Origin: Candidatus Ozemobacteraceae bacterium
GTDB lineage: Bacteria; Muiribacteriota; Ozemobacteria; Ozemobacterales; Ozemobacteraceae
Direction of reading: 5' to 3'
DNA length: 64,000 nt
NCBI GenBank assembly: GCA_965140445.1
Contig: OZ223236.1
Coordinates: 2,016,001-2,080,000, forward strand
Every line of letters starts with the position of its first letter. Position 1 is the first letter of the stretch. Both the position numbers and the translations under genes were made by a program. The notes beneath the pieces were generated by a model that was not told the DNA's origin, ran no database searches, and worked only from the letters and a program-made list of their open reading frames with translations. Of the stretch, positions 28,589 to 37,880 are shown in pieces.

Positions 28589-30280
28589 TTAGTTGGTTTT
28601 TACTGGAAGATGACTCTTTTTTATCTGTTGGAACATCTTATGGAGTTTTTCAAGTTTGTCTGAACGGCGAGGAACAGGAATGGTCTTGAATTTTTTATTT
28701 CCGGAAAGATCTGTTTCGTCTCTCATAATCTTTGGGGTTAAAAGAATAACAAGTTCATTTTCTCTTTTGCTTGAAGATTTAGATTTGAAAAGTCTTCCGA
28801 GATAAGGAATTTTACTCAGGAGAGGAACGCTTTTCCAGGAAACTTCATTTGTTCTGTTTATCAAACCACCAAGAACAATTGTTTCCTGATCTTTAACCTG
28901 AACTGTAGTCATAAGACTTCTCTTGAGAATATCTGGAGGAGCGTCCGCACCTCTGGTAAAACTTGGTTCGTCCTGCTTGGCAAAGACTGTGAATTTTAAC
29001 TCATCGCCATTCACATACATGTCTCTTACCATTAATTTTAGTGACGCTTCGGCCTTTTCATAGGTGATGTTGCCGTTGTTGTCTACCTGAGCTGGATAGT
29101 AAATGTCCTGGCCAACATTTACAAATGCAAGGCCGGAATCCTTTTCGATATTCTGTTCATCTTCTGTTTCAACCTTTTCATCAGCCCAGCCAGCTTTGGC
29201 AAGTTTTATTGATGAAGCGTTTGCATAAACAGTAAGTTTTGGGTTTGCCAGAACTTTTGCTTTGCTCTTTGTTACCCAGGCTTTTACCTGTGCTGCAATA
29301 AGGTCGAATCTGTTTATGTTGTTTGAATACAGTGGGTTAATGCTGTTTGGCACAGGTGCGCCAATTGATTGTTCTGCTCCCCTAAAATCGTTAGCAGAAT
29401 TTTCAAAATAGTTAAGGACACCTGTAATAATAGAATTATCCGGTCCTTTTTTACCCCATTCAATTCCAAGGTCCTCAGTATTATTTTTGGTAACCTGAAG
29501 AACATAGGCCTGAAATACAACTTGAGTTGGGTTTTCTATTGTAACCAGATTGCTTATGTTTGTTGGCTCATCTACAAAGCCATAAACTGTTTCCGTAAGA
29601 TGGATATAATCGTTCTGATTTTTCACAGTTCCTTCGAGAACAACTCTAAGTTTAACGGTGGTAGAAGCAGCAGCATTATTGCCAGATGGCTTATCCATAT
29701 CCATGTTGGGGGAAATAACGCTTACTTTTACAGTAGGAAGTTTTATTGCCTGCTCAATGCGCTGCTGAAGAGAAGGTACTGATGTTTCCTGTTCAATCAG
29801 GTTTACAATCTTTTTATCTTTGATTAAGCTGGAGGCAATCTGTTCTGCTTTGAGTTTGTCACTTTCATTGCTTACTTGACCTTTGAGATAAACCGAATCT
29901 GGAAAAATAACCATTGTTACACCTGGATTTCCAAGAATCGATGTGAATTTTGATTGAATAATTTCTGTTTCAGAGTAGGTTTCAACATCATAAACTCTTC
30001 GACCAGAACGATCCCAGAGAATAAGTTGAGTAATGCCTGCTTCCGCACCAATTCCAGAAAGAATAATTTCTGAATCTGATACGTTAAGAACCTCTACAAT
30101 TCCTTCTTTTACTGCAAGGATTTTTTTAACACCGTTAGCAGGAATTGCAACAGATTTTCCAATCGGAATCATCAGCTTCTCAGCTGCGTTGGTTTGCTCT
30201 TTAAAGGCCAATGTGGCAAAAAGAACCAGCAGAACCATCATGAAAATGCCTGGTTTTAAATATTTTTTAACTGAATTCAT
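28589..30280 (-). CDS. cpaC: CpaC/RcpA-type secretin
   Basis: Signal peptide, pilus-formation N-domain, BON-like segments, VPLLSKIPYLGRLFKS and ELVILLTP; likely start 30280. Confidence 0.88.
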   Translation of the reverse strand: MNSVKKYLKPGIFMMVLLVLFATLAFKEQTNAAEKLMIPIGKSVAIPANGVKKILAVKEGIVEVLNVSDSEIILSGIGAEAGITQLILWDRSGRRVYDVETYSETEIIQSKFTSILGNPGVTMVIFPDSVYLKGQVSNESDKLKAEQIASSLIKDKKIVNLIEQETSVPSLQQRIEQAIKLPTVKVSVISPNMDMDKPSGNNAAASTTVKLRVVLEGTVKNQNDYIHLTETVYGFVDEPTNISNLVTIENPTQVVFQAYVLQVTKNNTEDLGIEWGKKGPDNSIITGVLNYFENSANDFRGAEQSIGAPVPNSINPLYSNNINRFDLIAAQVKAWVTKSKAKVLANPKLTVYANASSIKLAKAGWADEKVETEDEQNIEKDSGLAFVNVGQDIYYPAQVDNNGNITYEKAEASLKLMVRDMYVNGDELKFTVFAKQDEPSFTRGADAPPDILKRSLMTTVQVKDQETIVLGGLINRTNEVSWKSVPLLSKIPYLGRLFKSKSSSKRENELVILLTPKIMRDETDLSGNKKFKTIPVPRRSDKLEKLHKMFQQIKKSHLPVKTN

Positions 30281-30293
30281 ATTGATTCTACTC

Positions 30294-31310
30294 CTATTCA
30301 CGTGACTCACCAGATGCCGATCCTATTGTACCTACAGAACCTGCAGAACTGATAGAAGGAGGAGAATACAATTCTGTTTTTTCTGGAATCTGTCGGAATC
30401 TCATTGCAGCTGGTCCGCCATATTTATAGATTTCACGTCTTCTTGAAGCACCGTAAAGAACTTCAACTCTTCCGTCATCAATTGGTTCCTCAATTACAGT
30501 AGTAGCAGGAGAAGTTTTTGAAACTTCAGCTGTTTTTGTAACATAACTTGGATGACCAATATCACTTAATACAGTTCTTTCTGTTGCGCCTTTTGTGTGA
30601 GACTTATGATCTTTATCTTTAGGATTTTTCAAAACAAGCTTAAAAGTTGCTCCAGAATCAAGATAAATTAGTTTTTCAAGTTCATTTGGATTAACAGCCA
30701 GGGTAACAAGTTCCATTTTTGCAGCTGAGATGGCCGGGGAGGAGGTTGCAACAGAGCCATCAAATTCATAAGTATTACCAACCGCAAGCACTTGTATGTC
30801 CTGAAGAACAATTTTGGTGATTGCTTCACTGTTACGAGGCCTGAACGTTGCAATTACATCAACGTAGTCGCCCTGCTGAATAAATCCTCCAACAGAGGTT
30901 ACTTTTGAAACTGAAATGGAAACCGCTCTTTTTCCTGGCGGAATCGCTCTGGCCAGATTTGGGACAACATCTTCGGTTAACAACCTTATTGGGGTCATAA
31001 TGTCGTCAGGCAAAATGGTAACAGATGTATATCTATTAGTAAGAGAGGCGACGTCTGTGTACGCCAATTCTGGCACAGCGGAGGCAACAATTTCTCGAAT
31101 CTCAAACGCGTCTTTAATGATATCCGGTTCAAGACGAGTTCTGGCTGCAAGCCTCTTTTTTGAGACAACAACAGCTTTTTTCAAAATCGTTGGTTGCTGT
31201 ACAGTTGGGGCCTCTATTTTAGCAGGTCCACTAGTCTGTAGTTTGTTCCACAATAGCATAGAGATAGCCAAACTAGCCATCAATGCCACGAAAATGGCTT
31301 TTCTGTTCAC
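30294..31310 (-). CDS. cpaB: CpaB/RcpC pilus assembly protein
   Basis: SAF-like region, IPPGKRAVSI, GGFIQQGDYVDVI, VLQDIQVLAV. Confidence 0.92.
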   Translation of the reverse strand: MNRKAIFVALMASLAISMLLWNKLQTSGPAKIEAPTVQQPTILKKAVVVSKKRLAARTRLEPDIIKDAFEIREIVASAVPELAYTDVASLTNRYTSVTILPDDIMTPIRLLTEDVVPNLARAIPPGKRAVSISVSKVTSVGGFIQQGDYVDVIATFRPRNSEAITKIVLQDIQVLAVGNTYEFDGSVATSSPAISAAKMELVTLAVNPNELEKLIYLDSGATFKLVLKNPKDKDHKSHTKGATERTVLSDIGHPSYVTKTAEVSKTSPATTVIEEPIDDGRVEVLYGASRRREIYKYGGPAAMRFRQIPEKTELYSPPSISSAGSVGTIGSASGESRE

Positions 31311-31346
31311 GGGTGAGGATCCTCCTCCACACTGATTTAATTAGGG

Positions 31347-31376
31347 AATATAGCACAAGTTAAATAACATTGGCAA
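31347..31376 (-). promoter_or_regulatory. sigma70-type promoter of the cpaB operon
   Basis: TTGCCA-18 nt-TATATT with TG extension. Confidence 0.55.
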
Positions 31377-31432
31377 GATTGTCTAGAAATTCGGCACAGA
31401 GTCAGGAATTGTTAATGAAAAAAAGTGTACAT

Positions 31433-31972
31433 TTAAAATCTTATTTTTATTTCAAAGAAATATGTGATTATTGCCGCAGCTAGAATGTCCATTCCAAGGT
31501 AGAATTTGTATTTTTTTGAAGCATTTTCATTTTCTTTTTTTATTGTTTTGTCAAGAAACGCTTTAGTAGAAAAACTTGTTAAAAGCATATAAAAAGCGTT
31601 TGGGCCGTAGTTCAAAATTTGAATTATTGTTCCATGAAACAAACCAATAATTGATGTAAATAGAAATGTGTTTATTACAAAGCTTGTACCGCAAAGGGAA
31701 CCAACGGCACCCATAAGCTTTACATCACCCATGCCAATGGCGCCAATTAAAGCAAAGCCAATATAGCAGGCTATTCCAATTATGGTTCCTGCGAAGCTAT
31801 AACCAAAACCTTGTAAGCCAAAGTAATAAAAATTTAAGATCCATCCAAGAAAAATTAATGGGAAGGTGAGCCAATTGTAAATTTTGCCCCAACAGGTATC
31901 TGTTATCATTGCCAGGGCACAACCACTAATGGCGATTATTTTCAGAAGAATTACTGGTTCAGGAATAGTCAT
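31433..31972 (-). CDS. cpaA: Prepilin peptidase A24 (CpaA/TadV)
   Basis: TD...KIYNWLT and IGMGDVKL motifs; multiple TM helices. Confidence 0.9.
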   Translation of the reverse strand: MTIPEPVILLKIIAISGCALAMITDTCWGKIYNWLTFPLIFLGWILNFYYFGLQGFGYSFAGTIIGIACYIGFALIGAIGMGDVKLMGAVGSLCGTSFVINTFLFTSIIGLFHGTIIQILNYGPNAFYMLLTSFSTKAFLDKTIKKENENASKKYKFYLGMDILAAAIITYFFEIKIRF

Positions 31973-31990
31973 CTAGGTTAAGAATACTAT

Positions 31991-32018
31991 AAAAAAAAAG
32001 TCCCCGCAGGGACTTTTT
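31991..32018 (-). terminator. Intrinsic terminator
   Basis: AAAAAGTCCC-CGCA-GGGACTTTTT downstream of the Wzc-like gene. Confidence 0.75.
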
Positions 32019-32043
32019 GAGGATTACTTAAATTAGTTATTGA

Positions 32044-34011
32044 TTAAACTGTCACGTAACCAAGAATTCTTGCTCTTATTCTTTTCAGAAGCTTTTTTGA
32101 TGAACGAATGTCGTCTTCAGACTCTTCTTTTTCGTTATGAAGAAAAACAATTCCACCGGTATGTCCGGCGAGGACACCAGCATCTGGGAATTCAAGAAGG
32201 GCAGGGGTATCAATAAGGATTACTTCAACCTTTCGCTTAAGGTTTGAAAGTAATTCAATCATTTCCGGGGAGCCTAGAAATTCTGTTGGGTTAGTTGGAA
32301 GATTTCCTGTGGAAATAAGGTTCAGGTTTTTTACGCAGGTCTGTTGCATGAGCTTTGAAGGGTTTTCTCCATTTAGACCATCTGACAAACCCACTTTGTT
32401 CTGTAAATCAAAAACCTTGTGAAGAGCTGGATTTCTAAAGTTTGCATCAATCATTAGCACTGAATAGCCAGCCTGTGCCAGAAGAATTGATGTATTTGCA
32501 AGCAATGTTGTTTTACCTGATTGATTTCTAGATGACCCAACAAGAACTATTCTTGTATGTGAATCGGCTATGCTGACCTGTAAGTTTGAAAGGAGTGACT
32601 TATATGGCCCCATTTTGGGGGAATCTGGTTCATTCAACGCAATCAGACGTTCATCGAATATGGATTCTTCAGAAGCAAATTCTTCTGGTGCCGGCAGAGC
32701 CAGTCTCTCAGGAGAAAGAGAAGGAACCTGCAAAATGGTTTCAATAGGTTCTGCTCTTAGTAATGCCTGATTTGCAACGAATCCACCTGATGCAAGCATT
32801 TCTGCATTTACCGATACTATTTCTGTTCTAACTGGTTGTGGGCTGTAGAGCATAAAGACTGCCATAAGAACTCCGGATGCCAGAGCAATGCAATCTCTTT
32901 GCAATGCAGAAAATCCAATCGGTGATGGAAATTGTCTATCTTTTTTTAGAACATTGATTTTGCCATAAGTTGTATTTTGCCGGATTTTAGCTTCTTCAAT
33001 TTCCAGCGTGGTTTTTTGATGAATTTCTCCAAGAGTTTTGAGCCTTAAATTTAAATGTTGAAGCGTTTGCTCGCTTTGCGAAATCTGAAATCTTTCAGCT
33101 TCTTTAAATTTTGTCAGGTTTTCTCTCAACAAAGATATTTTGTCTAAATCACTATCAATTTCTGCTTTTAAAGAAACATATTCCGGGTTGGTTTTCTTTT
33201 TTCTTTTAGTTGTTTTTGCGCTGGAAAGTCTTTTTTCACATCTACTTATTTTTTTTCTAACAGCAACAACCTTTGGATGTTTTTCTTTGTAAGATTTGAA
33301 TAATTCGGCAAGCTGATTTTGGTATTTACCAAGTTCGTTTGAATAACGGCTATATTCAGGACTTTCTTCAATAATTGAAAAATATGTTATTTCAGGAGTT
33401 GTTTGTAATTTTTTCTGATTGATATCAATTTTTTCTTCAAGCTGATGAAGTTCGTTTTCAAGTAGCAACGTTTTGTTGTCAACATGAACTGTTGCAACCG
33501 CACTTGCACGTGCCAGAGAATTTCTTGTTTCAGCTAACTGTTTTTCAAGGTGCTCTCTTTTCTTTTCAAGTGCTTTTAGTTCAAATGAGCGTTTTTCTGA
33601 GCTGTAACTCAGAAATTCATTTGAAAGAACCTTGATCATAGAGTTACCAAGTTCTTTTAAAATCGAAGGATTTTCATGCCTGATAAGCATTTTAACTAAA
33701 CCAGGTCCAGCATCTTCAAGAGCATATAGTTCTTCATTTCTAGCTTCATCTGCAGGCAGGTTGCAGCTTTTCAAAGCTTTGCTTATTACTGATTTTTGAG
33801 CAAGTATTCCGTTCATTGATGCAGCTAGACTTAGACCAGTAGTGTCTTCTGTTGTCATAACCCTTAAGAGTGATTGACTTTCGTATACTGGGGGAAAATA
33901 TCTATTAAGAAAAACTGAACCAACAATTGCCAGGCCAACTATAACTATTGCCCAGCCAGCCTTATTCTTTAAACTCCTAAAAATGCCTTCTATAAGGCTT
34001 TCCTGCGTCAT
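32044..34011 (-). CDS. Wzc/GumC-like polysaccharide co-polymerase with BY-kinase-like domain
   Basis: Two TM helices around a coiled coil (YKEKHPKV), Walker A SGKTT, IDANFRNP, ILIDTPA. Confidence 0.82.
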   Translation of the reverse strand: MTQESLIEGIFRSLKNKAGWAIVIVGLAIVGSVFLNRYFPPVYESQSLLRVMTTEDTTGLSLAASMNGILAQKSVISKALKSCNLPADEARNEELYALEDAGPGLVKMLIRHENPSILKELGNSMIKVLSNEFLSYSSEKRSFELKALEKKREHLEKQLAETRNSLARASAVATVHVDNKTLLLENELHQLEEKIDINQKKLQTTPEITYFSIIEESPEYSRYSNELGKYQNQLAELFKSYKEKHPKVVAVRKKISRCEKRLSSAKTTKRKKKTNPEYVSLKAEIDSDLDKISLLRENLTKFKEAERFQISQSEQTLQHLNLRLKTLGEIHQKTTLEIEEAKIRQNTTYGKINVLKKDRQFPSPIGFSALQRDCIALASGVLMAVFMLYSPQPVRTEIVSVNAEMLASGGFVANQALLRAEPIETILQVPSLSPERLALPAPEEFASEESIFDERLIALNEPDSPKMGPYKSLLSNLQVSIADSHTRIVLVGSSRNQSGKTTLLANTSILLAQAGYSVLMIDANFRNPALHKVFDLQNKVGLSDGLNGENPSKLMQQTCVKNLNLISTGNLPTNPTEFLGSPEMIELLSNLKRKVEVILIDTPALLEFPDAGVLAGHTGGIVFLHNEKEESEDDIRSSKKLLKRIRARILGYVTV

Positions 34012-34068
34012 CTTGTCTGCCTCCTGAACGGATCTGTCGAGTGCTTTTATATATATTTACTTCTCAAC

Positions 34069-34096
34069 TAATCGGCAGCCAGATAGAAAAAACTTA
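34069..34096 (-). promoter_or_regulatory. sigma28-type promoter candidate
   Basis: TAAG-16 nt-GCCGATTA upstream of the Wzc-like gene. Confidence 0.5.
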
Positions 34097-34158
34097 GTGA
34101 AAGCTAAAAAATCATAAAGCTGATTTCTTTTAATTTGTCCAAAACAAATTTAATTGAT

Positions 34159-34200
34159 AAAAAAACAGCCGCACTCATGAAAATGAACGCGGCTGTTTTT
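34159..34200 (-). terminator. Intrinsic terminator
   Basis: AAAAACAGCCGC...GCGGCTGTTTTT downstream of the DegT gene. Confidence 0.75.
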
Positions 34201-34208
34201 ATGCTTAG

Positions 34209-35312
34209 CTATTGGTAAAATTGTTTTATTGTTTCTACAACAAACTCTAGCGATTCTGATGGGAGTTCTGGATATATTGGAAGAGCAATTGTGCTTAATG
34301 CTGCTTCTTCAGAATTTGGGAAATCACCCTTTTTGTATCCGAGATAAGCAAAACAATTTTGTTCGTGCAGAGAGAGCGGATAATAAACAGAGCATCCGAT
34401 TTCTTTTTCCATGAGAAGTTTTTTCAACTCATCACGATTCTTAACTCTGAGAACGTATTGATTAAAGATATGATATCTGTCATCTTTGCGAACAGGCGTA
34501 GTTACTTCTTCTATTTCAGCAAAGTGCTTATCATATTGGTCGGCATTTTTTCTTCTGCCACATGTCCATCCATCAAGATATGGTAGTTTTACTGATACAA
34601 CAGCTGCCTGAAGGGAATCAAGTCTCGCATTTAAGCCTATTTCAAGGTGGTGGTATTGTTCCTGTCCACCGTGCACTCTAAGACCCTTTAAGCGGGTAGC
34701 AAGTTCTTCATCGTTAGTTGAAACTAGTCCACCATCGCCAAAGCCACCAAGATTTTTGCTCGGGAAGAAACTAAAGCAACCTAGATCACCCATGCTTCCT
34801 GCGCTTTTTCCTTTATATTTTGCGCCAATTGCCTGAGCTGCATCTTCGATTACTTTCAGGTTATGTTTTTTTGCTATTGCCAATAGAGGGTCCATGTCAA
34901 CACACTGGCCAAAAAGATGGACTGGCATAATGGCTTTAGTTTTATCAGTAATAACGCTTTCAATTTTGTTAACATCCATTAAAAAAGTATCAGGATGGAT
35001 ATCTACGAAAACAGGTTTTGCGCCAACTCTAGCTATTGAGCTTGCCGTTGCAAAAAAGGTATAAGGTGTTGTTATTACTTCATCACCCGCTCCTATGTCT
35101 AAGGACATTAACGCCAGAATTAAGGCGTCGGTTCCAGACGAACAGCCTATGGAATATTTTGTTCCAATGTAGCTGGCAAGTTCTTTCTCAGCCTTCTCTA
35201 CCTTGGGGCCAAGTATAAATGCCTGGTCCTCAATTATAGCTATTAACTCGGGTAAAACTTGGTCTTTAATCTGTGCAAATTGTGCTTTTAAGTCTAGTAG
35301 AGGGACTTTCAT
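34209..35312 (-). CDS. DegT/DnrJ/EryC1/StrS PLP-dependent sugar aminotransferase
   Basis: SSGTDAL, EDAAQAIG, FSFFPSKNLGGFGDGG; likely start ATG 35312. Confidence 0.95.
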   Translation of the reverse strand: MKVPLLDLKAQFAQIKDQVLPELIAIIEDQAFILGPKVEKAEKELASYIGTKYSIGCSSGTDALILALMSLDIGAGDEVITTPYTFFATASSIARVGAKPVFVDIHPDTFLMDVNKIESVITDKTKAIMPVHLFGQCVDMDPLLAIAKKHNLKVIEDAAQAIGAKYKGKSAGSMGDLGCFSFFPSKNLGGFGDGGLVSTNDEELATRLKGLRVHGGQEQYHHLEIGLNARLDSLQAAVVSVKLPYLDGWTCGRRKNADQYDKHFAEIEEVTTPVRKDDRYHIFNQYVLRVKNRDELKKLLMEKEIGCSVYYPLSLHEQNCFAYLGYKKGDFPNSEEAALSTIALPIYPELPSESLEFVVETIKQFYQ

Positions 35313-35448
35313 GGCTATCTCCATTCAAAGTTTTGATCGTGAAAAAAATAACACAATGGAGATTATCATTAACCAATAATTTAAGTCAATGCTTTATATA
35401 AGCAAATTAGGGGTAGATTTTTCTTAAGTAAAGTGATATGCTTCGCCT

Positions 35449-36738
35449 GTGAAATTTATAGATGAAATAAAAATTGAAGTTTCTTCTGGTAAGGGCGGCG
35501 ATGGTTCCGTCGCTTTTCGTCGCGAGAAATTTGTTCCATACGGTGGCCCTTCAGGTGGAGATGGCGGCCGTGGTGGCGATATTATTCTCGAAGCTACGAG
35601 TGATTTAACTACACTTTATGAACTTAGCTTCACAAAAGTGCTAAAAGCCCAAAATGGCGAAAATGGTATGCCAAAGGATATGATTGGCGCTAATGGTGAA
35701 AGCCTGACCGTTTTTGTTCCAGTAGGAACTCTTGTATATGATTTTGAATCAGATAAATTGCTCGCCGATCTTGATGAGAGCGGACAAAGGTTTGTTATAG
35801 CCAAAGGCGGTCGTGGTGGCCGGGGCAACGCAAGATTTGTTTCCTCCGTTAGACGGGCACCAAGAATGGCTGAAAAAGGTGAGCCAGGTGTTACTTTAAA
35901 AATTAGATTAGAACTTAAACTACTTGCAGACGTTGGTCTGGTAGGCTTGCCAAATGCAGGTAAGTCAACTTTTCTTGGATCTGTAAGTAATGCCAGACCA
36001 AGAGTTGCAGATTATCCATTTACAACCTTGTTTCCAAGTCTTGGAATTGTTAAGTCTGATGTTGGTGCTTCTTTTTGTATGGCTGATATCCCTGGATTAA
36101 TCGAGGGAGCCCATGAAGGAACTGGACTTGGAATACAGTTTTTGAAACATATTGAAAGAACCAAAATTCTTTTGCATCTGGTTGATACCAGCCAATTGGA
36201 TCTTGATCCAGAAAATATTTTAAAGGAATACGATATTATTCAGGCCGAGTTAAAAGAATTTTCAGAATTATTAGCTGATAAGCCTGTTGTTGTTGCTGCT
36301 AATAAGATGGATCTTCCAGACTCTCAAGAACTTTTTCCAACTTTTAAAGAAGAATTGGCAAAACGCGGAATTGAAGTTTTCCCTGTTTCTGGTGCAACTA
36401 AAAAGGGTGTTCCTGAATTGTTGAAATATCTTTCTCAGAAATTGAAAGAATTTAAAGCGCCAGTTAGATTTGAACCCAATACAGAAGAGAAGGTTTATGA
36501 ATACCTTCCTCCATACCAAATCGAGATGGAAAGCAAGGGGTATTGGGTTGTTCGTGGTGCTGAAATTGAAAGGCTTGTTGCTATTACTGATTTTGCAAAT
36601 GATGAGGCAATCGCAACTTTTAAAAGAAAATTAGACAGGCTCGGATTTCTTGATGAGCTTACCCATCTCGCGGCAGATGAAGAAGATACTTTTGCTATTG
36701 GCAATATGGAATTTCTATTCTGGGAGTTCTTTTATTGA
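35449..36738 (+). CDS. obg: GTPase Obg/CgtA
   Basis: Gly-rich Obg fold, GLPNAGKST, DIPG, NKMD and a C-terminal OCT domain. Confidence 0.98.
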   Translation: MKFIDEIKIEVSSGKGGDGSVAFRREKFVPYGGPSGGDGGRGGDIILEATSDLTTLYELSFTKVLKAQNGENGMPKDMIGANGESLTVFVPVGTLVYDFESDKLLADLDESGQRFVIAKGGRGGRGNARFVSSVRRAPRMAEKGEPGVTLKIRLELKLLADVGLVGLPNAGKSTFLGSVSNARPRVADYPFTTLFPSLGIVKSDVGASFCMADIPGLIEGAHEGTGLGIQFLKHIERTKILLHLVDTSQLDLDPENILKEYDIIQAELKEFSELLADKPVVVAANKMDLPDSQELFPTFKEELAKRGIEVFPVSGATKKGVPELLKYLSQKLKEFKAPVRFEPNTEEKVYEYLPPYQIEMESKGYWVVRGAEIERLVAITDFANDEAIATFKRKLDRLGFLDELTHLAADEEDTFAIGNMEFLFWEFFY

Positions 36739-37817
36739 GGGTTGGAATTTTCGGGGGGAGCTTTAATCCCGTTCATGAACAGCACCTTAGAATTGCCGAC
36801 GCTGCAAAAGTTCAGCTAAAACTAGATGAAATCTGGTTTTTACCTGTTTTTAAACCCGTTCATAAAAATCAGAAATTGTTATTAAGCTATGAGTCTAGGC
36901 GAAGTATGCTTTCAGCAGCGATTTCTGATTTTTCCAGTTTTAGGATTTGTGACGCGGAACAGGAACTTGGTGGAAACTCTTATACCATTAGAACCCTACG
37001 CTATTTGCTTAAAAAGTTTCCGCAAAAGGAATTTCATTTGATTATTGGCGGCGACTCGCTGGCAGACTTTTCAAGTTGGCGTGAGGCTGATTTGTTGGCA
37101 AAGTTGGTGCCAATTGCTGTAATAAGGAGACCAGGTAACTCAGAAGACTCCTCTATCCCTGGAGCGATTTTAAACTGGGTCGATGTTCCATTAAGCAGTG
37201 CCTCAAGCTCTGATATCAGGGAAAAACTTTCTATGAAGTCTTTTAAAGATCTGCCTTTGCCTGATAATGTTCTTTTTGAAATTTTGTGGGGCAACTTTTA
37301 TGATTCTCTAAAATTGCAAGAAGGGCAGGCGTTAGAAAAGATTAAAAGGCAATATGATTTCATTCCAGAGGGACTTTGTGAACACATGAAAAGTGTGGCA
37401 AGGCAGTGCATTATGTTGTGTCGTAAGAATTCAATTTCACCAGTCATTGGGTTCTTTCTCGGCTTGGGCCATGATTTGTTTCGGGCCTCCAAGGATGAAA
37501 AACTGATTGAAAATGCTAAAAAGTCTGGATTTGAATTGACTTCTCTTGAATTTGAAATTCCCATGCTTTCACATGGGGCAGCCGCCGCAGGCTTTTTCAA
37601 AGATCTGAATATTTTTGAAGCAGATTTTTTGAAAGCTCTCAGGTTTCATACTTTTCCGGAAAATGATAATGGAGTTTTAACTATGCTTTTGGCTGTTGCT
37701 GACACTCTTGATCCTTCACGAGGTATACCTGCAAGAATTTCTTTGCTTAATTCTCAGAAGTCTTTAAAGGAATTGTTCGTCGAAGTTTTGTTGTTAAAAA
37801 AGTATGTAAACAATTGA
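36735..37817 (+). CDS. nadD: Nicotinate-nucleotide adenylyltransferase fused to a YqeK-like HD domain
   Basis: GGSFNPVH, SYT, IIGGDS, SSSDIR, followed by H...HD...HG...HT...AD. Confidence 0.85.
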   Translation: MRVGIFGGSFNPVHEQHLRIADAAKVQLKLDEIWFLPVFKPVHKNQKLLLSYESRRSMLSAAISDFSSFRICDAEQELGGNSYTIRTLRYLLKKFPQKEFHLIIGGDSLADFSSWREADLLAKLVPIAVIRRPGNSEDSSIPGAILNWVDVPLSSASSSDIREKLSMKSFKDLPLPDNVLFEILWGNFYDSLKLQEGQALEKIKRQYDFIPEGLCEHMKSVARQCIMLCRKNSISPVIGFFLGLGHDLFRASKDEKLIENAKKSGFELTSLEFEIPMLSHGAAAAGFFKDLNIFEADFLKALRFHTFPENDNGVLTMLLAVADTLDPSRGIPARISLLNSQKSLKELFVEVLLLKKYVNN

Positions 37818-37880
37818 AAGTTGAATAATTCAAAAATTCCAGTGGAGTTTGTTTCTATGCTCTGGTAAGATACTAGGGTC

